The position numbers were made by a program, and so were the translations under genes. A stretch of 59,719 nucleotides of DNA from a bacterium (lineage in GTDB: Bacteria; Vulcanimicrobiota; Vulcanimicrobiia; Vulcanimicrobiales; SCRA01): the NCBI GenBank assembly GCA_004298665.1, contig SCQY01000254.1, positions 1 to 59,719 on the forward strand, written 5' to 3'. Below are positions 9,691 to 18,983 of the stretch, in pieces. The stretch's first letter is position 1. Every line of letters begins with the position of its first letter. The notes beneath the pieces are model-generated. The model made no database searches. It was not told where the DNA came from and saw only the letters and a program-made list of their open reading frames with translations.

Positions 9691-10029
9691 TTGGCAAGAG
9701 CTGGAACGACCGACGGGGTTGCTATTCCACTGACGACTTTGGACAAGATCTGCGACCAGGTTGGACGGCTGGCGTCTCAGCCGGTGATCGTGTCTGGGAC
9801 CAAGAGGGTCGTGGAGCGCTCGTACGACGTGTTGCGCAGCGCATTGGACGCCGGACACAGCCCGGAGAGTATCCTCGAGGCCTTCAAGGCGGAGGGTTGC
9901 GTCCTCGACTGGGGCGCGGTGGAGCGAGCGATGCGGGCAGTCGAGCGTGAGCGGCGACGCAACAAACCGCTGGCTGGAGCTACCCGCGGCGCGGCGCAGG
10001 AGGAGGGCCATGGACGAGCTGGATCGTGA
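9691..10029 (+). CDS. TraK-like oriT-accessory protein (by position and weak similarity)
   Basis: YDVLRSALDAGHSPESILEAF resembles the TraK DVKAALDAGY motif; GGAG RBS. Confidence 0.45.
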   Translation: MARAGTTDGVAIPLTTLDKICDQVGRLASQPVIVSGTKRVVERSYDVLRSALDAGHSPESILEAFKAEGCVLDWGAVERAMRAVERERRRNKPLAGATRGAAQEEGHGRAGS

Positions 10030-10849
10030 ATTCTCCGACCTTGGGGCGGCTGGTGGCGGGGAGGAGGGCGGTGGGGATCTGCCGCTTCTGACCCGCGAAG
10101 ACCGCGAAACAATTACCGCCAGATCCGCGCAGCGGGCGACCGCGGACGGCAGCCGGCAGCCGATCACGGGAGCCGGTGAGGGGGCGGGAAAGAGAGCCGA
10201 TCCCCCGCCGAAGGGAGGCCGGCCCGGCGCGCGCGTGGCGCGGAAGAGCGCCTCTGGCTCAGGGGAGCAGATTGCGCCATTCGGGCAGCCGAGCGAACCG
10301 CCGGGGCCCCCGTCGGCAGGAGCTGTTGCCACCGGGATCACGGTGGACGCCCAGCAGGCTGAGGGTCTGGTGGAGCGCCTGTCGGAGCGACTCGCCGCGC
10401 GAGTCGAGTGCACCGTCGGAGCGCGGATCGAGGGCTTCCTCGAAGCGCTCCAAGAGATCAGTCCGCCCGGGCGGGCGTCGGTTGACGCTGAGACGGTGCC
10501 GTCGAGCGCGCTGGTGCCTGCCGGCTCGCACTGGTCGCGCGCGTGGCTCGTGGTCGGAGCCAGCATAGCGTTCGGCATCGGCGGTTGGGCGTGGCGCGGT
10601 GGCGCCGACCGCGCGACGATGGCGGCCGAACGCGCGACGTGGGTCGCGCAGCTCCCGAACGTACGGGCGTCACTGGCTACGCCTTGGGGAGAGCGTTGGC
10701 TGCGCATGCTGGCGGCCAATCCACGCCGCGCGATCGAGGACATCGAGGCTTGTATGCCAGCGGCCGGGCTAAGGATCCAGAGGAGCACGGCAGGCGGTGA
10801 AGCCTGCGCTGGGAGCGGGGCCACGCAGGGGTGGCGCCTGGCGCGGTAG
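10010..10849 (+). CDS. TraM/MobE-like membrane-anchored transfer protein (by position)
   Basis: GGAGG RBS, ATG 10010; single TM segment WLVVGASIAFGIGGWAW. Confidence 0.4.
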   Translation: MDELDREFSDLGAAGGGEEGGGDLPLLTREDRETITARSAQRATADGSRQPITGAGEGAGKRADPPPKGGRPGARVARKSASGSGEQIAPFGQPSEPPGPPSAGAVATGITVDAQQAEGLVERLSERLAARVECTVGARIEGFLEALQEISPPGRASVDAETVPSSALVPAGSHWSRAWLVVGASIAFGIGGWAWRGGADRATMAAERATWVAQLPNVRASLATPWGERWLRMLAANPRRAIEDIEACMPAAGLRIQRSTAGGEACAGSGATQGWRLAR

Positions 10850-10869
10850 GCGCGATGGAGGGACCCGGG

Positions 10870-11433
10870 CTAGAGCCCGGGTCCGCGTAGTAATGGACCC
10901 TTGAGGCGCAGGGATTCCAACCGCTCAACGTAGCCATACAGCCGGCCGAGATCGGCCCTTTCAGGGGTCATCAGAGGGATCCGGGTACGCAACTTGGCGG
11001 TGTCTACGAGGCCAGTGCGCGCCGCGGTTTCGCAATAGCGGAGGTCCTTATCGCGGCCGGCAGCGAGTTTGGCGAGGATGAGGTCGTGGAGTTCAAGGCA
11101 CCACCCAATCGCGTCGCCGGTATTCTCGTTGCGGAGCGGCACGAGCCGCTGCATCCACCCTTCCGGGGCAACGGCCGTCTCGGGGCCGACGGTGCTCGCG
11201 TAGTAGCCAAACTCGTCGTGGAACGGCGAGAACTCCCCAAGGGCGCCATCGATCGCGTCAGCCATTTCGAGCAGATTTTTCGGGAAGACGTCGGCCTCCA
11301 TCGAGACGGTGAGCTCCTCTGGCGGATCGGGAACCTGAGCGAGGATCGCCTGGCTACCGATGACGACGATCTCGTTGTCGCCGGTAACGCCAGCGGCAGC
11401 GCGGATGATGTGCTCGAGATGAACACGCCGCAT
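10870..11433 (-). CDS. DUF6036-type nucleotidyltransferase, putative toxin
   Basis: IVVIGSQAIL, SMEADVFP, GYYASTVGPETAVAPEGW..R, DLILAKLAAGRDKD. Confidence 0.75.
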   Translation of the reverse strand: MRRVHLEHIIRAAAGVTGDNEIVVIGSQAILAQVPDPPEELTVSMEADVFPKNLLEMADAIDGALGEFSPFHDEFGYYASTVGPETAVAPEGWMQRLVPLRNENTGDAIGWCLELHDLILAKLAAGRDKDLRYCETAARTGLVDTAKLRTRIPLMTPERADLGRLYGYVERLESLRLKGPLLRGPGL

Positions 11434-11906
11434 CAGCGGTACGCCCGCATGATGGCAGCGCGTTCCTCACGTGACAGGACGCCGGTGAACGGGCTCGACT
11501 GCCGGAGGCGAGTCGCTCGCTGACCCGAGCTCCGTAGGAATTGGGCGATCTCCCTCGGGTCGCCGGAGAGAATGCGCCTCCATTCGTCGAGGTAAGCCTC
11601 CTGCGATCCCTGTGATGACCAGCGGTCGATGTTGTCCCGCGCCCGCGCGACAATGCCCGGGTTGGTTTCGATCTTGGTCGCGATGAGCCGGTGGAAGGCC
11701 ATGCTCCGACGGTCGATCCGCACGTGGGGATTCTCTCGCCCGTGCCGCCGCAGGTACGATAGGGCGTTGTTCTGCGCGGCCCGGTGATGGCCAGAGCAAT
11801 ACGTTGGCTTGCGGCCGCGGGTGAGGGCCGCCGCGACGCGCTCGCCCGAGATCTCTCCACCGCAGTAGGCACAGCGGTACTGCTCGCTGAGAGCCGACGT
11901 ATTCAT
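11433..11906 (-). CDS. Partner of the DUF6036 NTase with N-terminal Zn-finger, putative antitoxin
   Basis: CAYC...YCSGHH; C-terminal YLDEWRRIL...RLRQSSPFTGVL; 1-nt stop/start overlap. Confidence 0.65.
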   Translation of the reverse strand: MNTSALSEQYRCAYCGGEISGERVAAALTRGRKPTYCSGHHRAAQNNALSYLRRHGRENPHVRIDRRSMAFHRLIATKIETNPGIVARARDNIDRWSSQGSQEAYLDEWRRILSGDPREIAQFLRSSGQRATRLRQSSPFTGVLSREERAAIMRAYR

Positions 11907-12025
11907 ACAGTTACACTATATCATTTTCAGGCGTGCGTCGACAACGCTGGCGCGGCAGCCTTCGTCGCTCGGCGAGCGGCCGGGCAGGCTGGCTACTGCG
12001 TGGTAGGCGGCGGTTAGGTGAGGAG

Positions 12026-13246
12026 TTAGGCCTGCGGCAGGCCGCCCATCACCCGAGTGAGGACCGTCTGCTTCACGCCGCCGCGAACGTCGTGGCGCTT
12101 GACCGTGCCCCGGATCGTCAGGAGTTCGCCCTGGTGGAGGCCGCGGAAGCGCGGATCATAGGAGGCGAACCACACGGCCTCGCGGCCATCTACCGTGGTG
12201 AAGCGGGCAAGGAAGCAGTCCCCGAAGCGGCTGGCCAACGGCCGTACGTCGATGAGGGTGGCGTCGACCTCGATGCGCTTGCCCACCGCCCCGATGAAGT
12301 CGCTCAACGCCACCGCCTGCTGCCGCCGGCGCGCCTCGGCCTGCTCGCGGAGCCAGGAGGGGACAGCCGAGGCGAAGAGTCGGAAGTCCCTCCCCTCAAG
12401 TGCCGGCTTGCCGGCGAGGACCTGGAGGTTCCGGCGGTACTCGGAGTCGCCGCCTTCTTGCGCCCAGGCGAGGACGGCCTTGGAGACGTCGTGGTCGGCG
12501 TCGGTGACGCGGAAGTCGGGATGCTCGGCGAGGAAGTCGCGCCCGTAGCGATCAAGTACCAGGATGCCCCAGACGACATCGGCGGTGGCAAGGCCGGCTC
12601 CCTCGCGCGCCTTGGCGGCGCTAATCCAAGGGATGACATTGGCGACCGCATGAGCCGTTGCGAGCGCCTCCAAGGGCGCCACGCCCGGCGCGGAATGACC
12701 GCCGCTACCAGAGAAGCCGTCATCCTCTCCTAAGGCTTCGATCTCGCGGATGATCTCGAAGCTCGCAGCGACCGCGTGGGGATCGACCCCGAGGAAGTCG
12801 TGGATGCAGGTGCTCCCGACCTGTTGCGCTTCGCCCGCGGCGTTGGTGACGACGTAGGTATCGCTGCGCCGCCGAAGCACGCGGCAATGATCGCACCATG
12901 CGGGCCGTATGGAGTACGAGGCCGGGATGGTCTCGCCGGGGAGAGAGCGGATGACCGTGCCGGTCGCTTCGTGCTGAAGTACGGCGGCCAGGCGCCACCC
13001 GCCGGGGAGCGCCAGGACCTCGGCCGCGACGTCGACCTGGAGGTAGCGGGTCATGAGCGGCGGGAGCCCGAGGACCGCGCGCGCCTCCCGCTCTTCAGGG
13101 GAGATGGCGGCGCGCTTCGCGATCTCCCCGACCACCACCCAAGTCGGCGGGGTGAGATTAAACCGCGCCGCGCGCCGAGCGAGGCGGGTGAGCGTGGCCT
13201 CAAGGTCCGAGAGTCTGAAGGCGGGGATCTCGTAGCGCAACGTCAT
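12026..13246 (-). CDS. Conserved phage/plasmid hypothetical protein with CxxC and C-terminal OB-fold-like domain
   Basis: WCDHCRVLRRR...VGSTCIHDFLG; FIGAVGKR...LTIRGTVKRH...QTVLTRV. Confidence 0.7.
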   Translation of the reverse strand: MTLRYEIPAFRLSDLEATLTRLARRAARFNLTPPTWVVVGEIAKRAAISPEEREARAVLGLPPLMTRYLQVDVAAEVLALPGGWRLAAVLQHEATGTVIRSLPGETIPASYSIRPAWCDHCRVLRRRSDTYVVTNAAGEAQQVGSTCIHDFLGVDPHAVAASFEIIREIEALGEDDGFSGSGGHSAPGVAPLEALATAHAVANVIPWISAAKAREGAGLATADVVWGILVLDRYGRDFLAEHPDFRVTDADHDVSKAVLAWAQEGGDSEYRRNLQVLAGKPALEGRDFRLFASAVPSWLREQAEARRRQQAVALSDFIGAVGKRIEVDATLIDVRPLASRFGDCFLARFTTVDGREAVWFASYDPRFRGLHQGELLTIRGTVKRHDVRGGVKQTVLTRVMGGLPQA

Positions 13247-13260
13247 ACTCTAAGTATAGC
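13244..13260 (-). promoter_or_regulatory. Palindrome copy, leaderless type
   Basis: GCTATACT-TAG-AGTATG; ATG is the start of 12026..13246. Confidence 0.8.
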
Positions 13261-13482
13261 GCATGCCCAGCGGTTGCGTGCCGCCCGCAGCGCATGCCTT
13301 CAGGTTTCACCTTCGTCGTGACCTGTGCCGCGCGGCTGACCAGCGTCGGCAACGCCGTCGTAGCCGGACGGCCAGCGCTAACGTCACGAGCTTGATCGCG
13401 CGCGCTTGGCAACGGTGAAGGCGTACGCGCTATCGGCGTGGCCGCTACACGTCTCAAAGTCGCCTTCCCGCCGCGTAAGTTC

Positions 13483-13641
13483 CTAGTGGCGCGCGATGGC
13501 GAGGCCGATTTGCCAAGCCACTTCCACCCCGGCCAGGAACGCGAACGTGGAGAAGAAGACGGTCTGGACGAGTGCGTCTAGCCCATCGTCACCGGAGATC
13601 GCGCGGTCAATGGCACACACCGCTCGCGCGACGAGCCTCAC
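13483..13641 (-). CDS. Small membrane protein
   Basis: GTGA overlap with the upstream ORF; hydrophobic C-terminus. Confidence 0.4.
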   Translation of the reverse strand: MRLVARAVCAIDRAISGDDGLDALVQTVFFSTFAFLAGVEVAWQIGLAIARH

Positions 13642-13820
13642 GCCGCGCCTCCTTGCAGAGCAGCGTAGTAGGCGGCGATCGCGCTTGAGCGCGCCGCGCG
13701 CGTGTACGCGCCGTTTCGGCGAAGGTAGACGGTTAGCTCGGTCGGCCCGCGGCGCTTTCCCTTGGCAGCGTCGGCGATCGCCCAGGACTTCGCAAGGGCG
13801 GAGGCGGCGCGGCCATCCAT
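13638..13820 (-). CDS. Hypothetical 60-aa protein
   Basis: TAATG coupling, GGAGG RBS. Confidence 0.45.
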   Translation of the reverse strand: MDGRAASALAKSWAIADAAKGKRRGPTELTVYLRRNGAYTRAARSSAIAAYYAALQGGAA

Positions 13821-13945
13821 TAGGCCACCTCCCGCGAGAACCAGAGGCCGCAGAAGCGGCAGTTGAAGTGCGCGACGGCACGCATGATCGTGATGGAGGC
13901 GTTCTCGGCGCCGCACCCGGGGCAGGAAGCGAAGGCGTCGTGCAA
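13820..13945 (-). CDS. 41-aa Zn-ribbon micro-protein (not in ORF track)
   Basis: GGAGG then TTG; MHDAFASCPGCGAENASITIMRAVAHFNCRFCGLWFSREVA with two CxxC. Confidence 0.55.
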   Translation of the reverse strand: MHDAFASCPGCGAENASITIMRAVAHFNCRFCGLWFSREVA

Positions 13946-13968
13946 GGCATTCCTCCGTGGTGGTGTGT

Positions 13969-13987
13969 GCTATACTCTAAGTATAGC
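13969..13987 (-). promoter_or_regulatory. Palindrome copy, full type
   Basis: GCTATACT-N3-AGTATAGC perfect; extended -10 TGCTATACT. Confidence 0.8.
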
Positions 13988-14088
13988 AGCCTCCCCGGCT
14001 AAGCCTCATCGTGAACCGCAGTGAATCCGACCTCGAATAGGTTACGGAAGCGGGCGCACGACATGATTTGGGAAAAAGGAGTCCCGCG

Positions 14089-15237
14089 TCATCCCGCTTC
14101 GTCGCGTCGACCGGTTCCAGGGAGAGCACCGAGGAGCAGTTGCAGCTCCGCTTCCCTGGAGATCGGCGAGGCCGGCACGTCCCGCCGGCGCGCTTCTGCC
14201 TGCCACACGGCGAGGTTCTCCGCGCTTACGCCAGGCAGCCACGTCACAGTGTCCGGCGTGACGGCTGCGAGGCGCTTTCGTCGCACGTCGTCGTAGAAGA
14301 GGTCAGCGCCAACGAACGCCCGCCCGGCCTCGGCGCATGCTGCTGCCGTCGTGCCAGTCCCGGAGAAGGGGTCGCAGACGAGATCCCCCGGCATCGAATA
14401 CAGCATGACTGCGCGCTTCGCGAGCGCCAACGGAAACTGCGCGGGATGCCCTGGGGCGCGCTCCGGATGATTCGCCTTCACCTGCTCGATCGGCCAGACG
14501 TCAGTTGGCCAGGCACCGAGCGGATTACAGGTAAGCTCCCCCTTGTGCGGACCTTTGTACGCGCGCTTCTCGGGGTGCCGCTGCGGCGTGCGGGCTGCGG
14601 ACGCATTGAAACGGGGGGAGTCGCCCTTACACCAGACGAGTGCCGCCTCGTAGCGTTCGGCGAGGCGCCGCTTCGGCTGGAGGCCATGGCTCTTCGTCCA
14701 AATAACGCGGCTCTGGAATGTGAGGCCAGCGCCGCGGAAGTCGTCGAAGAAGAGTATGTCGAGCGGCACAGTCTGGTTCGCGTCGTCGCGCGTGTTTCCG
14801 AGCTGCACGAAGGCCATGGCGTTGGGCTTGAGGGTGCGGGCCATCTCGGAGATCACCTGCATCATCCACCCGTGGTAGTGCAGGTGGCGCATGCGATCGG
14901 CGCGCGGGGCCTCGCCGTAGACTTTCCCGATGTTGTACGGGGCCGACGTCACGATGAGGTCTAGCGAGTCGTCGGGCAGCGAGTCGAAGAAGTCGAGGAT
15001 GTCGGCGGTCACGGTCTCGCCGATGATCGCGCGCAGCGTCTCCTCCTGGCGCCGCCGACGCTCCTCGGCCCGCTCGCGGATGCGTGCCTCGTGCTGCCGC
15101 GCCCCGTGGCGAAGCAGGATCTCGTAGACGAACCCGCGCGATCGCCCGATGCGATCAGCCGTCTCCTGATAGGTGAGGCCGTCGGCGCGCAGCCGAAGCA
15201 CCTCGCGCTCGATCGTGGCAACAGCGACGGCGCTCAC
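14089..15237 (-). CDS. Orphan beta-class N4-C/N6-A DNA methyltransferase with N-terminal HTH
   Basis: DLIVTSAPYNIGK catalytic motif precedes DPFSGTGTT SAM motif; HPAQFP; GTG start overlapping the upstream TGA. Confidence 0.88.
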   Translation of the reverse strand: MSAVAVATIEREVLRLRADGLTYQETADRIGRSRGFVYEILLRHGARQHEARIRERAEERRRRQEETLRAIIGETVTADILDFFDSLPDDSLDLIVTSAPYNIGKVYGEAPRADRMRHLHYHGWMMQVISEMARTLKPNAMAFVQLGNTRDDANQTVPLDILFFDDFRGAGLTFQSRVIWTKSHGLQPKRRLAERYEAALVWCKGDSPRFNASAARTPQRHPEKRAYKGPHKGELTCNPLGAWPTDVWPIEQVKANHPERAPGHPAQFPLALAKRAVMLYSMPGDLVCDPFSGTGTTAAACAEAGRAFVGADLFYDDVRRKRLAAVTPDTVTWLPGVSAENLAVWQAEARRRDVPASPISREAELQLLLGALPGTGRRDEAG

Positions 15238-15533
15238 GCAGCGTCGGCCTCGATCGACCCATCGGAGAGGAGCACACCGTGACGATTCCCGACGCGCTCC
15301 GAGCGATCGAGCTGGAGTTGCCGCACCGCCTGGGTGGAGAGGGCTGCGTAAGGCGCTACGGCCTCGAGCAGTTCCGCGATGGTCCCGAAGCCGCCGAGCT
15401 TGTCGAGAGCACGGACGCACTCCCCCTTCGTATTCACGAGCTGCGCAAAGAAGTAGTCCAAGGGGCGGTCGTATCCCACGAGCAAGCGGCGATTGCCGAG
15501 GAGCATCGCGGGAGCGACAACGTATCGCGACAT
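15234..15533 (-). CDS. Hypothetical protein
   Basis: GGAGG RBS downstream of a palindrome; coupled to the MTase. Confidence 0.6.
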   Translation of the reverse strand: MSRYVVAPAMLLGNRRLLVGYDRPLDYFFAQLVNTKGECVRALDKLGGFGTIAELLEAVAPYAALSTQAVRQLQLDRSERVGNRHGVLLSDGSIEADAA

Positions 15534-15552
15534 GCTGACCTCCGGGCGGGAG

Positions 15553-15571
15553 ACTATACTCTAAGTATAGC
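15553..15571 (-). promoter_or_regulatory. Palindrome copy, full type
   Basis: GCTATACT-TAG-AGTATAGT. Confidence 0.8.
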
Positions 15572-15764
15572 GCACCTTGAGGGGACGTGGCCTACCAGGG
15601 CGCCGGAGCGGTCACGTCGTCAGGAAGCGAGCACGCGTTGGAGCGGCGGCCCGGGCCAAGTAGCACGCTTCGCGGTCGCTAGCGACGCATTGACGACATC
15701 CCAATGGGCCACGCAGGACCGGAGTACGATGGATGACGGCAGCCGTCTGCGTATTGGCCCGCTA

Positions 15765-16436
15765 CTATTGTCGCGCGGAGGCGGTAGTGGTAACGGGTGC
15801 CCCAAGCGCCGCAGCGTCGAGGTGTGCCAGCGTGGCGGACGAGCTTGGGAAGGAGATCAGGAAGCCGTACGTGCCGCGCGGGGGCTCACTATAGTGTGCG
15901 TTCTCCGTTCGTAGGCGCCACGCGAGGGCCGCGAGGGCAACGTCAGCGCTGCTACCCCAGGGGACGAATACCGATATCGTGGCGATAGCGTAGTGAACGA
16001 AGCCCCCAGTAAGCAAGAGCGCGATGGTTGCACCGGCGACAAGAAAGGGTAGGGGCGCCAAGGCGACAAGGATCGTGTGGCCAGCAGTCATTGTCTTCTC
16101 GTCGCTCAGGCGGGTATACGCGCGCAGGATTGCGATGTTTGGCACCAGGTCGAAGTGTATTGATCCACTATACCGGAGCGCCCGTAGGGCAAGCAGATGA
16201 AGGGCTTCATGCCCCACGATGAATACGCCCATAGCGGGCAAGACGACCACAAAAAATACGCCGTAATCGCGCGCGGACGGGATCGTGCCGATCCGCAAGA
16301 ACGTAAGCCACTGGTGGACCAGGTCTACCACAAACGGTGCAGTCAGAAGGATGAGCGTGACCGCACCCAGGATGAGCGGGGCCAGGGCGACGGCCCTGGC
16401 CGGGCGCAGTGGAGATGCGAAATGGCGCGTTTCCAC
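15765..16436 (-). CDS. DUF3267-like membrane zinc metalloprotease
   Basis: TM segments, HEALH (HExxH), VALAP, SSAD. Confidence 0.7.
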   Translation of the reverse strand: METRHFASPLRPARAVALAPLILGAVTLILLTAPFVVDLVHQWLTFLRIGTIPSARDYGVFFVVVLPAMGVFIVGHEALHLLALRALRYSGSIHFDLVPNIAILRAYTRLSDEKTMTAGHTILVALAPLPFLVAGATIALLLTGGFVHYAIATISVFVPWGSSADVALAALAWRLRTENAHYSEPPRGTYGFLISFPSSSATLAHLDAAALGAPVTTTASARQ

Positions 16437-16548
16437 GGATAGCGCAGGTCCTTTCTATGATAGAGTGGCGCGCACGGTCAGCTCCCAGCGCGCCCGGGTG
16501 TTGCGTGGTGACAGGGCGCCAGCAGCGGGGCTACGAGGCCGCGGGCGC

Positions 16549-16806
16549 CTAGGACTTCGATGAGCGATACCGTGCCGTCGCAGCGTTCTTGGCGCACGCC
16601 TGCGAGCAGAAGTAGTGCTTCGCGCGGCGCTTCGTCGACGTGATCAGACGGTCGATCTTGATATGCTCGACTTTGCAGTATTCGCACAACGGGAGTTTCT
16701 CATCATAGACCTCGCCTACGACGAGGCGCTTCCCGTGTACGGTGACAGTAAGACTGCTCATGGCCTCGGGGTTCGCGGCCGGCAAAGCCGGGTCCCGGCC
16801 GCTCAC
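16549..16806 (-). CDS. Small Cys-containing hypothetical protein
   Basis: CEYC...HYFCSQAC; GTGA overlap. Confidence 0.5.
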   Translation of the reverse strand: MSGRDPALPAANPEAMSSLTVTVHGKRLVVGEVYDEKLPLCEYCKVEHIKIDRLITSTKRRAKHYFCSQACAKNAATARYRSSKS

Positions 16807-16907
16807 CGGCGGCCGAAGAAGAAGAGGTCAAGCAGCGCCAGCAGCCACCGGCCGCTGACGAGGTCGCGTAGGAACAGGAACGACATGAGCGTACTGCGGC
16901 GGTTCAT
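16803..16907 (-). CDS. 34-aa hydrophobic peptide
   Basis: MNRRSTLMSFLFLRDLVSGRWLAALLDLFFFGRR; first ORF after a palindrome; GGAG RBS. Confidence 0.4.
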   Translation of the reverse strand: MNRRSTLMSFLFLRDLVSGRWLLALLDLFFFGRR

Positions 16908-16935
16908 CAAGGGCATCTCCGTGGTCTATGGAGGC

Positions 16936-16954
16936 GCTATACTGTGACTATAGC
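16936..16954 (-). promoter_or_regulatory. Palindrome copy, full type
   Basis: GCTATAGT-CAC-AGTATAGC; extended -10. Confidence 0.75.
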
Positions 16955-17121
16955 ATTGTCCCGACGAGGTTGCTAGCGACAGCGTTCGCAAAAGTCGGAT
17001 CCGCGCGTGGTGATCGAGAGGAGCGACCGGTGGCCATTGTCCTCACCACCCGCAGGAAGCGGCGGCGCAGCAGCCGCATCGCCGTCCCGTCGCGAATAGC
17101 GTGGCAACAGCGCCGAGCGGC

Positions 17122-17322
17122 CTACGCCGGCACCTTCTGCTTGGTTTGCGAATCGTAGCCGGAGCACGTCATTGCGACGTGGTGGCACTCCTGTCCGCGA
17201 CACGCCCGCCCGTGCATCTTCATGCAGGTCGGATCGGTGCAGTTAGGATCATTCGGGCATGACGGTTGAATGCCATATCCTCGCCCATGATTATTGCCTG
17301 TGCCGAAACATCCACGCCTCAT
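17122..17322 (-). CDS. Cys-rich small hypothetical protein
   Basis: ATGA overlap with upstream ORF. Confidence 0.3.
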   Translation of the reverse strand: MRRGCFGTGNNHGRGYGIQPSCPNDPNCTDPTCMKMHGRACRGQECHHVAMTCSGYDSQTKQKVPA

Positions 17323-17513
17323 GTCGGCCCTTCCTCGCCCGTGGCCAGGTCCACGGTAACGCAGCGGTAGCCGGGGATTAGATGGCGCGGCCGCTCGAAG
17401 ATACCGCGGCCCCGCTCTCCGCTCAAGGAGACGACGCAGATTTGACCCCAGGCGTCGTTCGGTTGTTTATCGTTTGCACGCGCCACACTTGCCCCGTTTA
17501 TCGGTGACGACAA
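17319..17513 (-). CDS. Small hypothetical protein
   Basis: Part of a chain of coupled ORFs; start uncertain. Confidence 0.3.
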   Translation of the reverse strand: MSSPINGASVARANDKQPNDAWGQICVVSLSGERGRGIFERPRHLIPGYRCVTVDLATGEEGPT

Positions 17514-17733
17514 AGTGATGCCCGTAGTCTTTCAAATGCTGCGTGACCTCACCGGATCCAGCTTGACGGATCACCTGATCGGCGCGCGCCCAAGAATCGG
17601 TGTGGAACACCTCGCGCTCGGCCTTCCGGTCCCAGACGTGAAACTGCTTACGGCTGGAGCCCACGGTGTGGTCCCGAAGCTCGTACCGCGCGGCCTCATC
17701 GTGGCGGGCCAGGTTGTCGGTCTTAGCGCTCAT
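17467..17733 (-). CDS. Hypothetical protein
   Basis: GGAG RBS, ATG 17733 (MSAKTDNL). Confidence 0.5.
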   Translation of the reverse strand: MSAKTDNLARHDEAARYELRDHTVGSSRKQFHVWDRKAEREVFHTDSWARADQVIRQAGSGEVTQHLKDYGHHFVVTDKRGKCGACKR

Positions 17734-17773
17734 ATCGTTGTCCTCTCCAGATCGCCCCTGGCTCACCGCGCAC

Positions 17774-18211
17774 CTAGTTGACGGACAGCGCGGCGATGCC
17801 ATCGGGGCCGTCGAGACCATCGCAAGTCGAGCACAGATACAGCGGGCGGCCGTCTCCGTCGAGGTGACGCACCGTTGCGGCGGCACCGCAGTCCGCGCAC
17901 AGCGGCGCGCAGCACGCGCAGTAACGGTGGACCTTATAGGCAAGCGCGGCACCCCCGCCGAGGTCCAAGCGCGCCTTCCAGGGCATCGCACGGATCACGG
18001 CGGCCTCGTCCTCGAAGTCGGCGTTGTCTCGGCGCAGTTCCCCAAGGGTGGTCGGCCAGGAGTGCTGCTGCAGCGTGCCAGCCATGGTCGTCACAGTGAT
18101 ATGGACGTCTTCATCGGGGTCCCAGGTGTTGCGCTCCAGCAGGGCGGGACAGTCGGGCCAGGCGTGCTCGCTCGGGTGGAGGTGACAGGCACTACGCGAT
18201 GAGATCGTCAT
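17774..18211 (-). CDS. Cys-rich hypothetical protein
   Basis: Leaderless start in a palindrome copy; several CxxC. Confidence 0.55.
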   Translation of the reverse strand: MTISSRSACHLHPSEHAWPDCPALLERNTWDPDEDVHITVTTMAGTLQQHSWPTTLGELRRDNADFEDEAAVIRAMPWKARLDLGGGAALAYKVHRYCACCAPLCADCGAAATVRHLDGDGRPLYLCSTCDGLDGPDGIAALSVN

Positions 18212-18225
18212 ACTCATAGTCTAGC
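18209..18225 (-). promoter_or_regulatory. Palindrome copy, leaderless type
   Basis: GCTAGACT-ATG-AGTATG; extended -10. Confidence 0.7.
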
Positions 18226-18408
18226 ATACTGCTGACGCCGGTGCAGCGCGTCACCTGTCTAGATCAGCCCGAGAAGTATGAGCCAAGCGGCGACCGTGTG
18301 TTGAGCGCGTCGTGACGCCGCGAGGCTATGTGCGTTCGCAGATCCAGCACGAGAGCCTGCTCTCGAAGATACAGCCGCGTGGTGTAGAGTAGCTGTACGG
18401 GTCGAGTT

Positions 18409-18774
18409 TCACACGATGTCTCTGAGTGCTCTACAGAGCTCCTCTGTGATGTCCTCCGGCGAGTAGTCGCTATGATCCGCTGCGAGGGTGTTGCGAAGCC
18501 TGACCAGCGGCTCAAGTGCAGCCAGGAGTTGAGGCAATGCGTTGTAGGCTGCGATGATCGCATCGGCGCTTCCCCAAGCGGACTCGGCGACGACGTTCCC
18601 GCCATAGGCACGAACGTTTTCGTCGTCGTTGTAGTAGCGGGTGTCATCCGCCACGATACTTCCGCGAAGTTGTCCGGGCCGCAGCGGTACGTGCGGTCCC
18701 TGGTCAACCCGAGCCCTGACTGCGGCCAGAGACAATGGACTGTGTGATGTATCGAGCGCGTCACTCATGCGCAA
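18409..18774 (-). CDS. Phage-like hypothetical protein
   Basis: ADAIIAAYNALPQLLAALE motif common in phage accessory proteins. Confidence 0.5.
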   Translation of the reverse strand: MRMSDALDTSHSPLSLAAVRARVDQGPHVPLRPGQLRGSIVADDTRYYNDDENVRAYGGNVVAESAWGSADAIIAAYNALPQLLAALEPLVRLRNTLAADHSDYSPEDITEELCRALRDIV

Positions 18775-18950
18775 TCCTCACTGTGATAGCGAGCTGGTGC
18801 GATAACGCCGAACCACGGCGTGGAAGGTAAGGAACCTCGGCGCAGGCAGTCAATGACGCACGCGCGCGTGAAGCCCGCGTTCTGCTCGCCGCCGCCGGCG
18901 TACGGCGAGTTGACGACGACAAGCATGAAGGAGCGTACTGCTACGGCCAT
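18765..18950 (-). pseudogene. Truncated phage protein (LVIVESPYAGD...ARAC..DCL.RGE family)
   Basis: LVVVNSPYAGGGEQNAGFTRACVIDCLRRG matches the family N-terminus, then diverges and stops. Confidence 0.45.
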
Positions 18951-18964
18951 ACTCGTAGTATAGC
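18948..18964 (-). promoter_or_regulatory. Palindrome copy, leaderless type
   Basis: GCTATACT-ACG-AGTATG; extended -10. Confidence 0.8.
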
Positions 18965-18983
18965 ACCTAGCGGGGGGTGAGAC

